From an uncultured Pelagibacteraceae bacterium (GTDB lineage Bacteria > Pseudomonadota > Alphaproteobacteria > Pelagibacterales > Pelagibacteraceae), in the NCBI GenBank assembly GCA_902622825.1, contig CACNRH010000001.1, positions 12,765 to 76,764 of the forward strand: a DNA stretch of 64,000 nucleotides, written 5' to 3'. The notes below the pieces were generated by a model. That model saw only the letters and a program-made list of their open reading frames with translations. It was not told the origin of the DNA and did no database searches. Made by a program: the position numbers and the translations under genes. Positions 19,605 through 30,648 of the stretch are shown piece after piece. Each line of letters begins with the position of its first letter. Position 1 is the first letter of the stretch.

Positions 19605-20266
19605 TGAAAGAAGTTTTCCTCGATACTGAAACTACAGGCCTTTCGACTAAAGATAATCATCGAATAGTTGAAATAGCTTGTATTGAGACTGAGGGACTTA
19701 TTCCCACAAAAAAAATTTTTCATAAACAACTAAATCCAGAAAGAGACGTGTCGGAAGATGCAGTAAAGGTTCATGGTTTTACTAATGATTATTTAAGAAA
19801 CAAACCAACATTTGATAAAATTGCTTCGGATTTTCTTAAATTTATCGAAGGAAAAAAACTAATAATACACAATGCACCATTTGATTTGGGTTTTTTAAAC
19901 TATGAGTTAAAGTTGTTAGACATAGAGGGAATTAATAAAAATGTTGTCGTCGATAGTTTGGAAACGGCAAAATTAAAATTCCCTGGCCAATCTAATTCGT
20001 TAGATGCATTATGCAAAAGGTTTGGCATAGACTTATCAAGAAGATCAAAGCATAATGCTTTGTTAGATTGTGAATTACTACGTGAGGTCTATATTAACCT
20101 CGTAGACGCAAAGGAGCCCAAATTTGTTTTTCCAAATAAAGTTGAAGCTGCGATAATTGACAATGTTGGAGCTTACTCAAAAAAAATTATTAATCTTTCG
20201 GAAATGGAATTAGATAAACATAAAAAATTTATAAAAAAAGAAATAAAAAAAAATAATTTTTATTAG
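19604..20266 (+). CDS. dnaQ: DNA polymerase III epsilon subunit
   Basis: LDTETTG, HNAPFD, SLDALC.R, H.ALLD; start ATG 19604 or GTG 19601. Confidence 0.95.
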   Translation: MKEVFLDTETTGLSTKDNHRIVEIACIETEGLIPTKKIFHKQLNPERDVSEDAVKVHGFTNDYLRNKPTFDKIASDFLKFIEGKKLIIHNAPFDLGFLNYELKLLDIEGINKNVVVDSLETAKLKFPGQSNSLDALCKRFGIDLSRRSKHNALLDCELLREVYINLVDAKEPKFVFPNKVEAAIIDNVGAYSKKIINLSEMELDKHKKFIKKEIKKNNFY

Positions 20267-20679
20267 TTTTTTCGTAAGTTGTTTAATTTTTTAAAATCAA
20301 CACTTTCATCTATTTTTATTCCTGTAAACCCTGACTTTTCAAAAAAGTAAATAAATATCTTTCTAAGCTCTGGGTAGATATTTTCCGGAACCTTTATTAA
20401 AATAATTTCTTCTAAGCTGCTTTTATCGGCTAGATCACCATCTAACTCAACTAGTGATGAAAAACAAACTTCACTTTTAATTTTTTTTTCAAAATTTACT
20501 TTTGGGATTAGTGAAAGCGTTGTATTAACTAAAATTAAGTTATTTTTTAATTGTTCACTTTTAATATCGATATTAATTCTATAATTATTTATGTCATTCG
20601 CTAAGTTGAAGTAAATTTTTGAGTCTGGGATTTCAAATGTTGAACTTTTTATGTACTTAGTAATTATTTTATAATTCAT
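20263..20679 (-). CDS. secB: protein export chaperone SecB-like
   Basis: YIK..TFEIP, L...VP..IYP.LR, VDF; dnaQ><secB-fxsA<>timA order. Confidence 0.75.
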   Translation of the reverse strand: MNYKIITKYIKSSTFEIPDSKIYFNLANDINNYRINIDIKSEQLKNNLILVNTTLSLIPKVNFEKKIKSEVCFSSLVELDGDLADKSSLEEIILIKVPENIYPELRKIFIYFFEKSGFTGIKIDESVDFKKLNNLRKN

Positions 20680-21082
20680 CTTTTTTATCTTCTATCACTT
20701 CAGCTTCGATAACATCTTCATTGTTATTTATATTTTTTTTACCCTTCATGAAATAATTGATTAATAAGCGCCTGGTGAATGGTACTAGAAGTAAAAAACC
20801 AATTCCATCAGTTATAAAACCTGGTAGTATTAGAAGCAACGCGGCAAAAGCAATAGAGGCGCCTGATAGAATTTCATAAATTGGCGGTTTATTCTTGTAG
20901 ACATTTTCTATACCTGACCTGATAGTGTTCAGTCCCTCGAGTTTTGCAAAATATATTCCAACTACTGCAGTAGTAATTATTAGTAAAATAGTATTTAGAG
21001 CACCAAAAACCCCGCCTACCTTTATAAATACGAAGATTTCAAGGGCCGGAACGGCTATTAATAAAAGTAATAATGAGTTCAT
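20669..21082 (-). CDS. fxsA: FxsA family protein
   Basis: P.LEI..FI.VG, LLILPGFITD..G.LLL.P.TR. Confidence 0.9.
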   Translation of the reverse strand: MNSLLLLLIAVPALEIFVFIKVGGVFGALNTILLIITTAVVGIYFAKLEGLNTIRSGIENVYKNKPPIYEILSGASIAFAALLLILPGFITDGIGFLLLVPFTRRLLINYFMKGKKNINNNEDVIEAEVIEDKKDEL

Positions 21083-21126
21083 TTGTCTATTACAAAAATA
21101 TATGATTAATGTATATTTGTAAAATA

Positions 21127-21732
21127 ATGAGTAGCAATTTTGGTTACATAGACATCATATTACTTGCCATGATCGCAGGTTTTATAATACTTAGGCTGAG
21201 AAATATTCTAGGTAGAAAAACTGGCCATGAAAGTAAAGTATTCACAGATTTTAGTGAAAAACGATATGAAAGCTTTAGAAAACAAAAAGTAAACTTAGAA
21301 GAAAGAAACCCCGACAAGCTAGAGGGAGAAGAAAAGAAAAATTTTCTTAAAGGTGCAGAAATCGCATACGAAACTATAATAACATCTTTCGCTAAAGGGG
21401 ATCAAAAGAAGTTAGACGAACTTCTAACTAGAGATATGGCCTCAAATTTCAAGCAAGCAATTAATGAAAGAAACAAACATGGAATAAAATCCGAATTAAC
21501 ATTTATCAGCATGAAAGAGTCCGATTTAGAGAAATATGAGAAAGTAAAAACAAATTTGTATGCAACGGTAAAGTTTGTTTCCGAGATAATTTCAGTGAAG
21601 AAAGATAAAAGCAATAAAGTAATAGAAGGTAATCCCGATAGAATTAAAACAGTAACAGATCACTGGAAGTTCACAAAAAATATTTTAAATAAAAGCCCCA
21701 ATTGGTATCTCACAGAAATCACTAATAAGTGA
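21127..21732 (+). CDS. Tim44/TimA family protein
   Basis: LRLRNILGRKTG, FLKGA..AYE.I..SFA.GD, D.W.F, PNW.L; start likely ATG 21127. Confidence 0.88.
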   Translation: MSSNFGYIDIILLAMIAGFIILRLRNILGRKTGHESKVFTDFSEKRYESFRKQKVNLEERNPDKLEGEEKKNFLKGAEIAYETIITSFAKGDQKKLDELLTRDMASNFKQAINERNKHGIKSELTFISMKESDLEKYEKVKTNLYATVKFVSEIISVKKDKSNKVIEGNPDRIKTVTDHWKFTKNILNKSPNWYLTEITNK

Positions 21733-22148
21733 ATAAAAAAAAAGAAAGTAAATTACCAAAATCAGATCTAGAAACTTGGAAAGAATATATAAAAAATCCA
21801 AATGACATATCTGATAAGGATTTAAATATAAAAAAAAGTTCAACTTCGAGTCATTTTAAATTTGATCTTCATGGGTACTCATTAATTGATGCGAACAACA
21901 AGGCTAAAGAAATTTTATTATATTGTTCTGAAAAAAATATAAGAGAGGTCTTATTGATAACTGGTAAGGGCTTACATTCTAAAACTGATAGTGTTTACGA
22001 GTCAGATAAATTTAGTAAACTTAAGTACTCTGTGCCAGACTTTTTAATGTCTAACACTGAAACAAGTGATTTAATATCTAATATTAAAATTGCAGAAGTT
22101 GACAAAGGTGGAGAGGGCGCAATAGTTGTCAAACTTAAAAAATTATAA
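21729..22148 (+). CDS. Smr/MutS2 C-terminal domain protein
   Basis: DLHG, LLITGKG, GG.GA..V.L. Confidence 0.88.
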   Translation: MNKKKESKLPKSDLETWKEYIKNPNDISDKDLNIKKSSTSSHFKFDLHGYSLIDANNKAKEILLYCSEKNIREVLLITGKGLHSKTDSVYESDKFSKLKYSVPDFLMSNTETSDLISNIKIAEVDKGGEGAIVVKLKKL

Positions 22149-23516
22149 AATAAATTTCGATAGATCAGTATCTTTGACAAGATTGCCAAGATTCGATTTA
22201 ACAAACTCAGAGTCTATTTTAATGGTTTGTCCGGCTTTATCTGTCGCATTAAAACTTATATCGTCTAAAACTTTTTCAATTATTGTGTGAAGTCTTCTTG
22301 CCCCAATATTTTCAACTGATGCATTTACTTCTGCAGATATTTTTGCAAGCATCTCAATACCGTCGTCGGTAAACTCCAATTTTACGTTTTCTGTGTTAAG
22401 TAAAGCTTTATATTGTTTGATTAAACTATTATCAGGCTCTTTTAGTATTCTTTTAAAATCTTCTTCATTCAATGCGCTAAGTTCAACACGAATTGGTAAT
22501 CTACCTTGCAATTCTGGTAAAAGATCTGAAGGTTTGGACAATTGAAAAGCACCTGATGCTATAAATAAAATGTGATCTGTTTTTATCGGCCCATGTTTAG
22601 TATTTACTGTTGTGCCTTCAATTAAAGGCAACAAATCCCTTTGAACACCCTCTCTTGAAACATCTCCACCAACTCTATCACTTCTTGCGGAGACTTTGTC
22701 TATTTCATCTAGGAAAACAATACCATTTTCCTCTGTGGCTATTTTTGCCTCTTTAACTATTTTATCTTCCTCGATCATTTTGTCAGACTCTTGAGCTATT
22801 AATATTTCATGAGACTCTTTTACTGTCATTTTTTTCTTTTTACCTTTTTTCCCTCCCATATTTTTCCCTAATATATCTCCAATGTTAACCATTCCAATAT
22901 TTGCCCCAGGCATCCCAGGAATTTCAAAACTTGGTGATGACGGGCTATCCAAAACTTCTATTTCAATTTCATTATTATCTAAATCACCGCTTCTTAACCT
23001 TTTTCTAAAGCTTTCCCGAGTGGCGACAGTTGCCTTATTGCCAACTAGAGCGTCCAAAACTTTTTCTTCAGCTAATAATTGAGCTTTTGCATTTACTTCT
23101 TTCCTTTTCTTTATTTTTTCCATAGCTATAGCTATCTCAATTAAATCTCTTACAATCTGTTCAACATCTCTACCAACATATCCAACTTCCGTGAATCTGG
23201 TAGCTTCTACTTTTATAAATGGAGCTTCTGCTAGCTTGGAGAGTCTCCTTGAAATTTCAGTTTTACCAACTCCAGTCGGCCCTATCATAAGAATATTTTT
23301 TGGTAGAACTTCATCTCTCATTTCATCAGTTAGAGCTTGTCTTCTCCATCTATTTCTCAACGCTACTGCAACCGCTTTCTTAGCTTCTTTTTGACCAATG
23401 ACGTATCGATCTAATTCTGAAACTATTTCTCTAGGAGTAAGCGCACTTACTTTACTTCGATCTTTTTTGTCAGATTTTACAAGATTTAATTTAGGAGTTT
23501 TTTTCTTTTCAGACAT
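22143..23516 (-). CDS. hslU: HslUV protease ATPase subunit
   Basis: [44 protein letters not shown]. Confidence 0.98.
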   Translation of the reverse strand: MSEKKKTPKLNLVKSDKKDRSKVSALTPREIVSELDRYVIGQKEAKKAVAVALRNRWRRQALTDEMRDEVLPKNILMIGPTGVGKTEISRRLSKLAEAPFIKVEATRFTEVGYVGRDVEQIVRDLIEIAIAMEKIKKRKEVNAKAQLLAEEKVLDALVGNKATVATRESFRKRLRSGDLDNNEIEIEVLDSPSSPSFEIPGMPGANIGMVNIGDILGKNMGGKKGKKKKMTVKESHEILIAQESDKMIEEDKIVKEAKIATEENGIVFLDEIDKVSARSDRVGGDVSREGVQRDLLPLIEGTTVNTKHGPIKTDHILFIASGAFQLSKPSDLLPELQGRLPIRVELSALNEEDFKRILKEPDNSLIKQYKALLNTENVKLEFTDDGIEMLAKISAEVNASVENIGARRLHTIIEKVLDDISFNATDKAGQTIKIDSEFVKSNLGNLVKDTDLSKFIL

Positions 23517-24056
23517 TTAAATTTTTTCCATTGTTATGTTGCTATTTGTAAAGACACATATGTCTGCCGCAACCTTTATTGATTTTTTTGCAATTTCTTC
23601 AGCGCTCAGATCAGTATCAATAAGAACTTTTGCAGCCGCTAAAGCATAATTTCCACCAGAACCTATGCCTATAATTCCATCTTCTGGTTCTAGTACATCA
23701 CCGGTACCAGATATTATAAAACTATTTTTTTCGTCAGCAACTGCCATCAACGCTTCCAATCTTCTTAAAAATTTGTCACCTCTCCAATCTTTGGCTAGTT
23801 CCACGGCAGCTCGAGATAGGTTACCAGCGTGTTTTTCAAGTTTTGCTTCAAGCCTTTCAAAAAGTGTAAGTGCATCAGCAGTAGAACCTGCAAAACCTGC
23901 TATCACTCCCCTTTTGTCAATTTTTCTTACTTTTTTTGCCGTACTTTTTAAAACTGTGTTTCCTAAGCTGACTTGACCATCGCCAGCCACAACAGTCTTG
24001 CCGTCCTTTCTTAAAAGTACGATAGTGGTTCCATGCCATTTTTCAGCTGTATTCAT
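23517..24056 (-). CDS. hslV: HslUV protease peptidase subunit
   Basis: [27 protein letters not shown]. Confidence 0.97.
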   Translation of the reverse strand: MNTAEKWHGTTIVLLRKDGKTVVAGDGQVSLGNTVLKSTAKKVRKIDKRGVIAGFAGSTADALTLFERLEAKLEKHAGNLSRAAVELAKDWRGDKFLRRLEALMAVADEKNSFIISGTGDVLEPEDGIIGIGSGGNYALAAAKVLIDTDLSAEEIAKKSIKVAADICVFTNSNITMEKI

Positions 24057-24064
24057 AGTGTCTT

Positions 24065-24092
24065 ATGTGGAGATTAATTTGATTTCTTCAAT
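24065..24092 (-). promoter_or_regulatory. candidate sigma-32 promoter of hslVU
   Basis: ATTGAA-N16-CCACAT on minus strand, 8 nt before hslV ATG. Confidence 0.5.
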
Positions 24093-24159
24093 AGTGTTCT
24101 TGGATTTATTGATAATATGTCCATTTAAATATATATCTTGAGAAGAAAAGGCCTAAAAT

Positions 24160-24750
24160 ATGAAAAGAAAAGCCTCAATTAAGAGAAAAACAAAAGAGAC
24201 CACTATTTCTGTGTCAGTTAACTTAGACGGAAAGGGCAAGTATAAGATTAAGACGGGAATTGGATTTTTGGATCACATGCTAGAACAGCTATCTAAACAT
24301 TCCTTAATTGATTTAGAAGTTATTGCAAAAGGTGACACACATATAGACCTCCATCATACAACCGAGGATACTGGTATTGCTATAGGTGAAGCCATAAAAA
24401 AGGCAGCCGGCAATCGTAAGGGCATTACAAGATATGCGTCTACAGTGATACCAATGGATGAAGCTTTAAGTAGAGTATCTATAGATATATCTAACAGACC
24501 TTATTTGATCTGGAAAGTAGACTTGCCAGTGGAAAAACTTGGTGAGATGGAGACGGAACTTTTTAAAGAATGGTTCCAAGCATTTTCACAATCTGCTGGA
24601 GTCACTCTGCATATAGAAAATATTTATGGTGAAAATAGTCACCACAAAATTGAGTCATGTTATAAGGGTTTAGCTAGATCATTAAAGGATGCTTTAGCTA
24701 TCGACAAAAGGATTAAAAATTCTATACCTTCAACAAAAGGCTCTATTTAA
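24160..24750 (+). CDS. hisB: imidazoleglycerol-phosphate dehydratase
   Basis: R.TKET, FLDHML, HHT.ED, PMDEAL, HH.IE, PSTKG. Confidence 0.97.
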   Translation: MKRKASIKRKTKETTISVSVNLDGKGKYKIKTGIGFLDHMLEQLSKHSLIDLEVIAKGDTHIDLHHTTEDTGIAIGEAIKKAAGNRKGITRYASTVIPMDEALSRVSIDISNRPYLIWKVDLPVEKLGEMETELFKEWFQAFSQSAGVTLHIENIYGENSHHKIESCYKGLARSLKDALAIDKRIKNSIPSTKGSI

Positions 24751-24755
24751 AACTG

Positions 24756-25382
24756 ATGAATGTCACAATTGTTGACTACCAATCGGGCAATATAAGCTCA
24801 GTTATTAACTCTTTTACAGAGGTAGCTAAGGGTAAAGTCAATCTAGAGGTTACTGCAGATATTAAAAAAATTAAATCTAGCGACAAGATTATTTTGCCTG
24901 GCCAAGGATCCTTTAAAAGCTGCGTAGACTCTCTTAATAAGATTAACGGATTAGTAGATACACTTAAAGAATTTGCAATTACAAATAAGAAACCCTTACT
25001 AGGTATCTGTGTAGGCCTACAAATGTTTGCAGATATCGGGTATGAAGAAGTAGAAACAAAGGGATTAGGTTGGATTTCTGGCAAAGTATCCAAAATTGAT
25101 AATCAAAAAGGTAAATTCAAACTTCCGCACATTGGTTGGAACGAAATTGAAATTCAAAAAGAAAGCAAAATATTTAAAGACATAAAAAATAAATCTCACA
25201 TGTATTTCGTTCACAGCTATGAGCTCATTCCTGAAGATAAGTCAGTGATTTCAGCAACAACAGATTACTCGTCAAAAATTGTCTGCTCCATTGAAAGAGA
25301 AAACTTATTTGGAACACAGTTTCATCCAGAAAAAAGTGATAAAACCGGATTAAAAATAATTGATAACTTTTTAAAATTATAA
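24756..25382 (+). CDS. hisH: IGP synthase glutaminase subunit
   Basis: LPGQG, GICVGLQ, PHIGWN, YFVHSY, QFHPEKS. Confidence 0.97.
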   Translation: MNVTIVDYQSGNISSVINSFTEVAKGKVNLEVTADIKKIKSSDKIILPGQGSFKSCVDSLNKINGLVDTLKEFAITNKKPLLGICVGLQMFADIGYEEVETKGLGWISGKVSKIDNQKGKFKLPHIGWNEIEIQKESKIFKDIKNKSHMYFVHSYELIPEDKSVISATTDYSSKIVCSIERENLFGTQFHPEKSDKTGLKIIDNFLKL

Positions 25383-26107
25383 TGAAAATATTTCCAGCTA
25401 TAGATATTAAAGACAAGAAATGTGTAAGATTAATTAAAGGGGACTTTGGAAACAAAACTGAATATGAAATTTCACCTATTGATCAGGCAGGTAAATATAA
25501 AGATCATGGATTTAAAAATTTACACATTGTTGATTTGGATGGTGCATTAACTGGAAAGACGGTTAATTTAGATATTATTCAAGAAATAGTTAGCAAATAC
25601 GATTTAAAGATTGAAATAGGTGGTGGTGTTAGATCATTCGAAAGCATTAAAAAATATATCGACTCAGGAGCTGAAAAAGTAATTTTAGGAAGTGGTGCTA
25701 TTAAAAATAAAGAATTTTTAAAACAGTCTTGTGAAAACTTTAAAGGTCAAATTGCTTTAGGATTAGATGCAAAAGGTGGAAATCTTTCTGTATCAGGCTG
25801 GAAAGAAAATCTTAATATTAAAACTATGGACTTTCTTAAAGAAGTAAATAATTATGGAGTAAGCCGAATAATCTATACAGATATTAACAAAGACGGAATG
25901 AAAACTAGCCCTAACTTTGACGAGACTGTAAAAATTGCGGAGCTCTCCAGTTGTCCTGTTGTGATTTCAGGAGGTGTTTCTTCAATAAGTGACATTAAGA
26001 AAGTTAAAAAATTAAATAATAAAAAAATTGAAGGTATCATTGTTGGCAAAGCTATTTATGATGGTGATATTCAACTTGAGGAATTAGCAAAAGAGATCGA
26101 TGCTTAA
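25382..26107 (+). CDS. hisA: ProFAR isomerase
   Basis: [32 protein letters not shown]. Confidence 0.96.
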   Translation: MKIFPAIDIKDKKCVRLIKGDFGNKTEYEISPIDQAGKYKDHGFKNLHIVDLDGALTGKTVNLDIIQEIVSKYDLKIEIGGGVRSFESIKKYIDSGAEKVILGSGAIKNKEFLKQSCENFKGQIALGLDAKGGNLSVSGWKENLNIKTMDFLKEVNNYGVSRIIYTDINKDGMKTSPNFDETVKIAELSSCPVVISGGVSSISDIKKVKKLNNKKIEGIIVGKAIYDGDIQLEELAKEIDA

Positions 26108-26858
26108 AAATAGAATTATACCTTGTCTAGATGTTAAAAACGGAAGAGTTGTTAAGGGCATTAACTTTGTCGAATTAAAAGATGCTGGAGATCCAGTTGA
26201 ACAAGCAAAGATTTATAGTGATGGGGGTGCAGACGAAATCTGTTTTTTAGATATCACTGCCTCTAATGAAAACAGAGATACGATTATTGACATTGTAAGA
26301 AAAACCGCCAAGGAATGCTTCGTTCCTCTAACTGTTGGAGGTGGTATCAGAACTATTCAAAATATAACTGATTTACTTCTAGCCGGAGCAGATAAGGTTT
26401 CTATAAATACAGCAGTAGTAAAAGATGTTAATTTTGTAAAAGAAGCCTCAAAGAAATTTGGATCCCAATGCATTGTTGTTGCGATTGACGCCAAAAAAAT
26501 CTCAGAAAATAAATGGGAAGTATTTACGCACGGTGGAAGAAATAAAACCGGTATTGATGCTGTTGAGTTTGCTAAAAAAGTAGAAACCAATGGAGCTGGT
26601 GAAATTTTATTAACTTCAATGGATAAAGATGGAACAAAATCTGGTTATGATGTTGATTTATTAAAAGCAATTACCAAAAACACTAATATTCCTGTAATTG
26701 CCTCTGGAGGAGTTGGAACATTAGATCATTTGTATGATGGTATTGTCAAAGGTGGGGCAAGCGCAGTTCTAGCTGCTTCTATTTTTCATTATGGTGAATA
26801 CAAAATTAAAGATGCTAAAGAATATTTGAATTCCAAGAATGTATCTGTAAGGTTATAA
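26100..26858 (+). CDS. hisF: IGP synthase cyclase subunit
   Basis: [39 protein letters not shown]. Confidence 0.97.
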   Translation: MLKNRIIPCLDVKNGRVVKGINFVELKDAGDPVEQAKIYSDGGADEICFLDITASNENRDTIIDIVRKTAKECFVPLTVGGGIRTIQNITDLLLAGADKVSINTAVVKDVNFVKEASKKFGSQCIVVAIDAKKISENKWEVFTHGGRNKTGIDAVEFAKKVETNGAGEILLTSMDKDGTKSGYDVDLLKAITKNTNIPVIASGGVGTLDHLYDGIVKGGASAVLAASIFHYGEYKIKDAKEYLNSKNVSVRL

Positions 26859-26859
26859 T

Positions 26860-27132
26860 ATGCTTGAAAACTTAGAAAAATTAATAAAAACAATCAGAGA
26901 GAGAAAAAATTCTTCTCCTGAAACATCTTATACAAATAAACTCTTAAATAATAAAGACTTGTCAGTTTCTAAAGTTAAAGAAGAGATAGCAGAGTTAATC
27001 GAAGCTGTGGAAAAAGATACAAATAAAGTTCACGAAGCTGCCGACGTGTTGTATCATTTATTTGTCTATTTAGAGTCACATAATATAAAAATTGAAGATA
27101 TTATGATCGAGCTCAAAAAAAGACAAAAATAA
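26860..27132 (+). CDS. hisE: phosphoribosyl-ATP pyrophosphatase
   Basis: SYT..L, KV.EE..E, EAADVLYH. Confidence 0.93.
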   Translation: MLENLEKLIKTIRERKNSSPETSYTNKLLNNKDLSVSKVKEEIAELIEAVEKDTNKVHEAADVLYHLFVYLESHNIKIEDIMIELKKRQK

Positions 27133-27488
27133 TGACTTACGATAAAAATAACATTTTTGCAAAAATACTACGTGGCGAGATACCTTGTAAAAAAATATAC
27201 GAGAGTAAATATGTTTTAGCTTTTTACGATATAAACCCTCAGAAAAAAATACACGCTTTAGTTATTCCAAAGGGTGAGTACATTGATTTAGAGCATTTTA
27301 ATCAAAATGCTAGCGATGTGGAGATAATCGAATTTAGCAAAGGTATAAGTGAAGTTGCTAAAAAGTTAAAAATTAGTGGTAACGGTTATAGAGTTTTATC
27401 GAATATTGGAATTGATGGTGGCCAAGAGGTTCCACACTTGCATTACCATGTCTTTGGCGGTGAAAAAATAGGAAAAATGGTTAGTTAG
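27132..27488 (+). CDS. HIT family nucleotide-binding protein
   Basis: NIFAKILRGEIP, GGQEVPHLHYH. Confidence 0.92.
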   Translation: MTYDKNNIFAKILRGEIPCKKIYESKYVLAFYDINPQKKIHALVIPKGEYIDLEHFNQNASDVEIIEFSKGISEVAKKLKISGNGYRVLSNIGIDGGQEVPHLHYHVFGGEKIGKMVS

Positions 27489-27995
27489 ATGGAAACAAAA
27501 GTTAAAAGATATTTTTTGGATTATGTATTTGATAAAACAGAAATAGTTCTAGATTTGGGTCGTAACTTCAAAATTGAGAAAGATACAACTAAAAACTTTG
27601 AGTTAAATAAATTCTTTTATAAACAGATTGGCAAAGATCATTTCTGGAGAGATAGATTGGTTTGGACTGATAAAGAGTGGAGAAAATATATTTCGAATAA
27701 AAATTTTGAAACTTGGATAATGAAAAAAGAAAATGAGCTAGTTGGATATTATGAAAGAGAATATCATGACGATAAAAATGAGGTTGAGTTAATAAATATG
27801 GGAGTTTTAAGGGAGTTTAGGGGTAAAAAATTAGGATCAAACTTATTAACACACGTTTTGAAAAAAGCCAGAGAGGAAAAAGTCTCTCGAGTCTGGGTTC
27901 ATACATGTTCACTAGATCATCAAAATGCTTTGAAAAATTATAAATCTAGAAATTTCAAAATATTTAGAGAGGAACAGATAGATTTTGTTGCTTAA
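27489..27995 (+). CDS. GNAT N-acetyltransferase
   Basis: G...EFRGKKLG..LL, VWVHTCSLDH..AL.NY..R.F. Confidence 0.85.
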   Translation: METKVKRYFLDYVFDKTEIVLDLGRNFKIEKDTTKNFELNKFFYKQIGKDHFWRDRLVWTDKEWRKYISNKNFETWIMKKENELVGYYEREYHDDKNEVELINMGVLREFRGKKLGSNLLTHVLKKAREEKVSRVWVHTCSLDHQNALKNYKSRNFKIFREEQIDFVA

Positions 27996-28537
27996 TCAAC
28001 TTCAGGATGTCTAAATAAATTTTTGTTTGCCTGCACATTAGTTTTCAAAATTGAAATATTAAAAGTAACTTTATTATTAAATTGATCAATAAATTCCCAT
28101 CCTAGTAACTCATTTTTATTTTTACTAAAAAAAATATTTACTTTATTTTCTTTATTTAAAATAATATTATCATTCTTATTTATTAGTTTACTATTAGAAA
28201 CAAATTTTTTAAGTTTTTTTTTATCTAAAATTTCAGTATAGGGTGAGTCTTTTAGAGGGTATTGATAAATCTTATTGTACCTTTTCTGAAAAACCGTAAG
28301 TTTATTATCACTAATTGTTAATTCCTTACCATTCTTGTCGTCATAAAAGCATTTTAGGTTATTAGAGAAAAGTAAGATGCACTCGCCTTTTTCTCTTTTA
28401 TCATCAGTTATTTGTATAAATTTAAAATTAATAGAATTTGTTCTGTCTATTACATCTAGTATATTCCTAACGTTATCGGCGTTGACCGAGACAATTATAA
28501 AAATCACTTTGATTACAATCCAAAAAAGATACCGCAA
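27992..28537 (-). CDS. lolA: outer-membrane lipoprotein carrier LolA-like
   Basis: Signal peptide, F.F.Q...G.C, YPL..SP, L.GW...D; downstream of ftsK. Confidence 0.7.
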   Translation of the reverse strand: MRYLFWIVIKVIFIIVSVNADNVRNILDVIDRTNSINFKFIQITDDKREKGECILLFSNNLKCFYDDKNGKELTISDNKLTVFQKRYNKIYQYPLKDSPYTEILDKKKLKKFVSNSKLINKNDNIILNKENKVNIFFSKNKNELLGWEFIDQFNNKVTFNISILKTNVQANKNLFRHPEVD

Positions 28538-28539
28538 TT

Positions 28540-30615
28540 CTAAAGAACCTCTCTTTTACCCACATGATTTGCTTTGCTAACAATCCCTTTTTCTTCCATC
28601 ATGTCTATAATTCTAGCAGCTCTATTATATCCAATTTGAAGTTTCCTTTGAAGAAAACTAGTAGAAGCCTTTCCCTCAGATTTGATCATTTCTGTTGCTT
28701 TCTTAAATAATTCATCTTCATCGCCATTATCTAAGCTGTCGAAACTTACCTCATTAGCAAACGTTATTTCCTCTATATAATCTGGTTCACCTTGAGCTCT
28801 CAATAAACTTGTAATTTTTTCTATCTCTTTTTCTGAAACATAAGGTCCATGAATTCTCATAATTCTATTAGCGGATGACATAAATAACATATCACCTTTT
28901 CCAAGCAACTGTTCAGCTCCCTGCTCCCCTAGTATTGTTCGACTATCGATCTTGGAACTCACTTGGAAAGAAATTCTTGTAGGAAAGTTAGCTTTGATCG
29001 TACCTGTTATTACATCTACACTAGGTCTCTGAGTAGCCATAATAATATGAATACCCGCAGCTCTAGCCATTTGTGATAACTTTTGGATATAATTTTCAAT
29101 TTCTTTTCCTGCAACTAACATTAAATCTGACATTTCATCAACCACGACAACTATGTATGGCATTTTTAATTTATGCTTTGCGTTGTAACCATCAATATTT
29201 CTTACACCAACTTGGCTCATTAACTTGTACCTATTATTCATCTCTTTGACTGTCCAACCAAGTGCAGATGTAGCCTTTTTGGCATCTGTTATCACTGGAG
29301 ATAATAAATGAGGGATACCTTCATAAGCCGACAGTTCAAGCATTTTTGGATCAATTAATATTAATTTACATAAATCCGGATTTAATTTGTAAAGAAGAGA
29401 AACAATGATCGTATTTATGCAAACAGATTTTCCAGAGCCGGTTGTTCCAGCGATAAGCAGATGTGGCATTGATGTGAGATCACCTATAATTGGCGTGCCA
29501 GAAATACTCTTTCCCAAAGCTATTGGCAGTCTAATATCTTTTCTTGAAAATTTTTCATTAGATATAATTTCCCTCAAAGTAACATCCTCTCTTTTTTCAT
29601 TAGGTATTTCAATCCCAACTGTATTTTTACCTGGGATTACAGAAACTCTTGCCGAAGTTGAGCTAGTATTTCTGGCTAAATCGTCAGATAAGTTTATTAT
29701 TTTTGATACTTTTACACCTGGAGCTGGCTCGAATTCATATAGATTAACAACAGGACCATTATTAATTTTCTGAATATTTCCCTCAATACCGAAATCTTTT
29801 AAAATTTTTTCTATGAAATTACCATCAAGCTTAGTCGAGTTAAAGTTCTTGATACCAATTTTTGAACTATTTTTTTCTAACAAATCAACTGTTGGAAGTT
29901 TAAAGATCTTATTTCTGATATTATCTACTTTTGGTTTTTCAAATGTGAAACTTTGTTGAGGAACTTCAGATATTTTATTTTCATTTTGAATTTTTTCATC
30001 TTCATTTTCGTTCATTACGTTTGAATTTTTTCTTTTAAATAACCTAAAAAGCGATTTTAAAATAAAACTTGTTACGATTTTTAAATTTATACCTGAGGCA
30101 AAAACAAACAGTATCAATGTAAGTAAAACTAATCCAATAGGCGAGTATTCACTGTCAATAATCGGAAAATAATTGTAAATAAAATTGTAAGATGCTTTAC
30201 CAACAAAACCGGAATTTCCATTATCAACAAGCCAAAAAGAATTATTAAATGTGACGTATACAAATGTACACCCAAGAATCAAGTATAAAGTGCAAGAGAA
30301 AATTCTATAAATTAAAAATTTTAATTCTTTATTAACGATCAATTTAATGCCCCATGAAATTAAATTTACAAGCAACAAGAAAGATATAACCCCAAAACTT
30401 TGAAGTAAAAAATCTGAAATTGCACTACCATAGAGTCCCAAGAAATTGTTAATATTAACATCGGTTTCGTTATATAAGATTGAGGGATCGCCAGGAGAAT
30501 AGGTCGCAAACGAAATTGATAAGGCTATTCCTATGCTAATTAAGATAATACCGAAAACTTCATAGGTTCGCTTTTTTAAAAAATTTGTTAAACTGTTTAA
30601 AAAGTTTGTATTCAT
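28540..30615 (-). CDS. ftsK: DNA translocase FtsK
   Basis: N-terminal TMs, AGTTGSGKS, IDPKMLEL, ATQRPSVDVITG, gamma domain LQRKLQIGYNRAAR. Confidence 0.97.
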   Translation of the reverse strand: MNTNFLNSLTNFLKKRTYEVFGIILISIGIALSISFATYSPGDPSILYNETDVNINNFLGLYGSAISDFLLQSFGVISFLLLVNLISWGIKLIVNKELKFLIYRIFSCTLYLILGCTFVYVTFNNSFWLVDNGNSGFVGKASYNFIYNYFPIIDSEYSPIGLVLLTLILFVFASGINLKIVTSFILKSLFRLFKRKNSNVMNENEDEKIQNENKISEVPQQSFTFEKPKVDNIRNKIFKLPTVDLLEKNSSKIGIKNFNSTKLDGNFIEKILKDFGIEGNIQKINNGPVVNLYEFEPAPGVKVSKIINLSDDLARNTSSTSARVSVIPGKNTVGIEIPNEKREDVTLREIISNEKFSRKDIRLPIALGKSISGTPIIGDLTSMPHLLIAGTTGSGKSVCINTIIVSLLYKLNPDLCKLILIDPKMLELSAYEGIPHLLSPVITDAKKATSALGWTVKEMNNRYKLMSQVGVRNIDGYNAKHKLKMPYIVVVVDEMSDLMLVAGKEIENYIQKLSQMARAAGIHIIMATQRPSVDVITGTIKANFPTRISFQVSSKIDSRTILGEQGAEQLLGKGDMLFMSSANRIMRIHGPYVSEKEIEKITSLLRAQGEPDYIEEITFANEVSFDSLDNGDEDELFKKATEMIKSEGKASTSFLQRKLQIGYNRAARIIDMMEEKGIVSKANHVGKREVL

Positions 30616-30648
30616 ATCGAATCGTTTTACTTACTTTTTACCATTAAT

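Noticed and set aside
30627-30641. TTAC-N7-TTAC upstream of ftsK as a CtrA site
   Set aside because: Both half-sites deviate from TTAA; expected by chance at this composition
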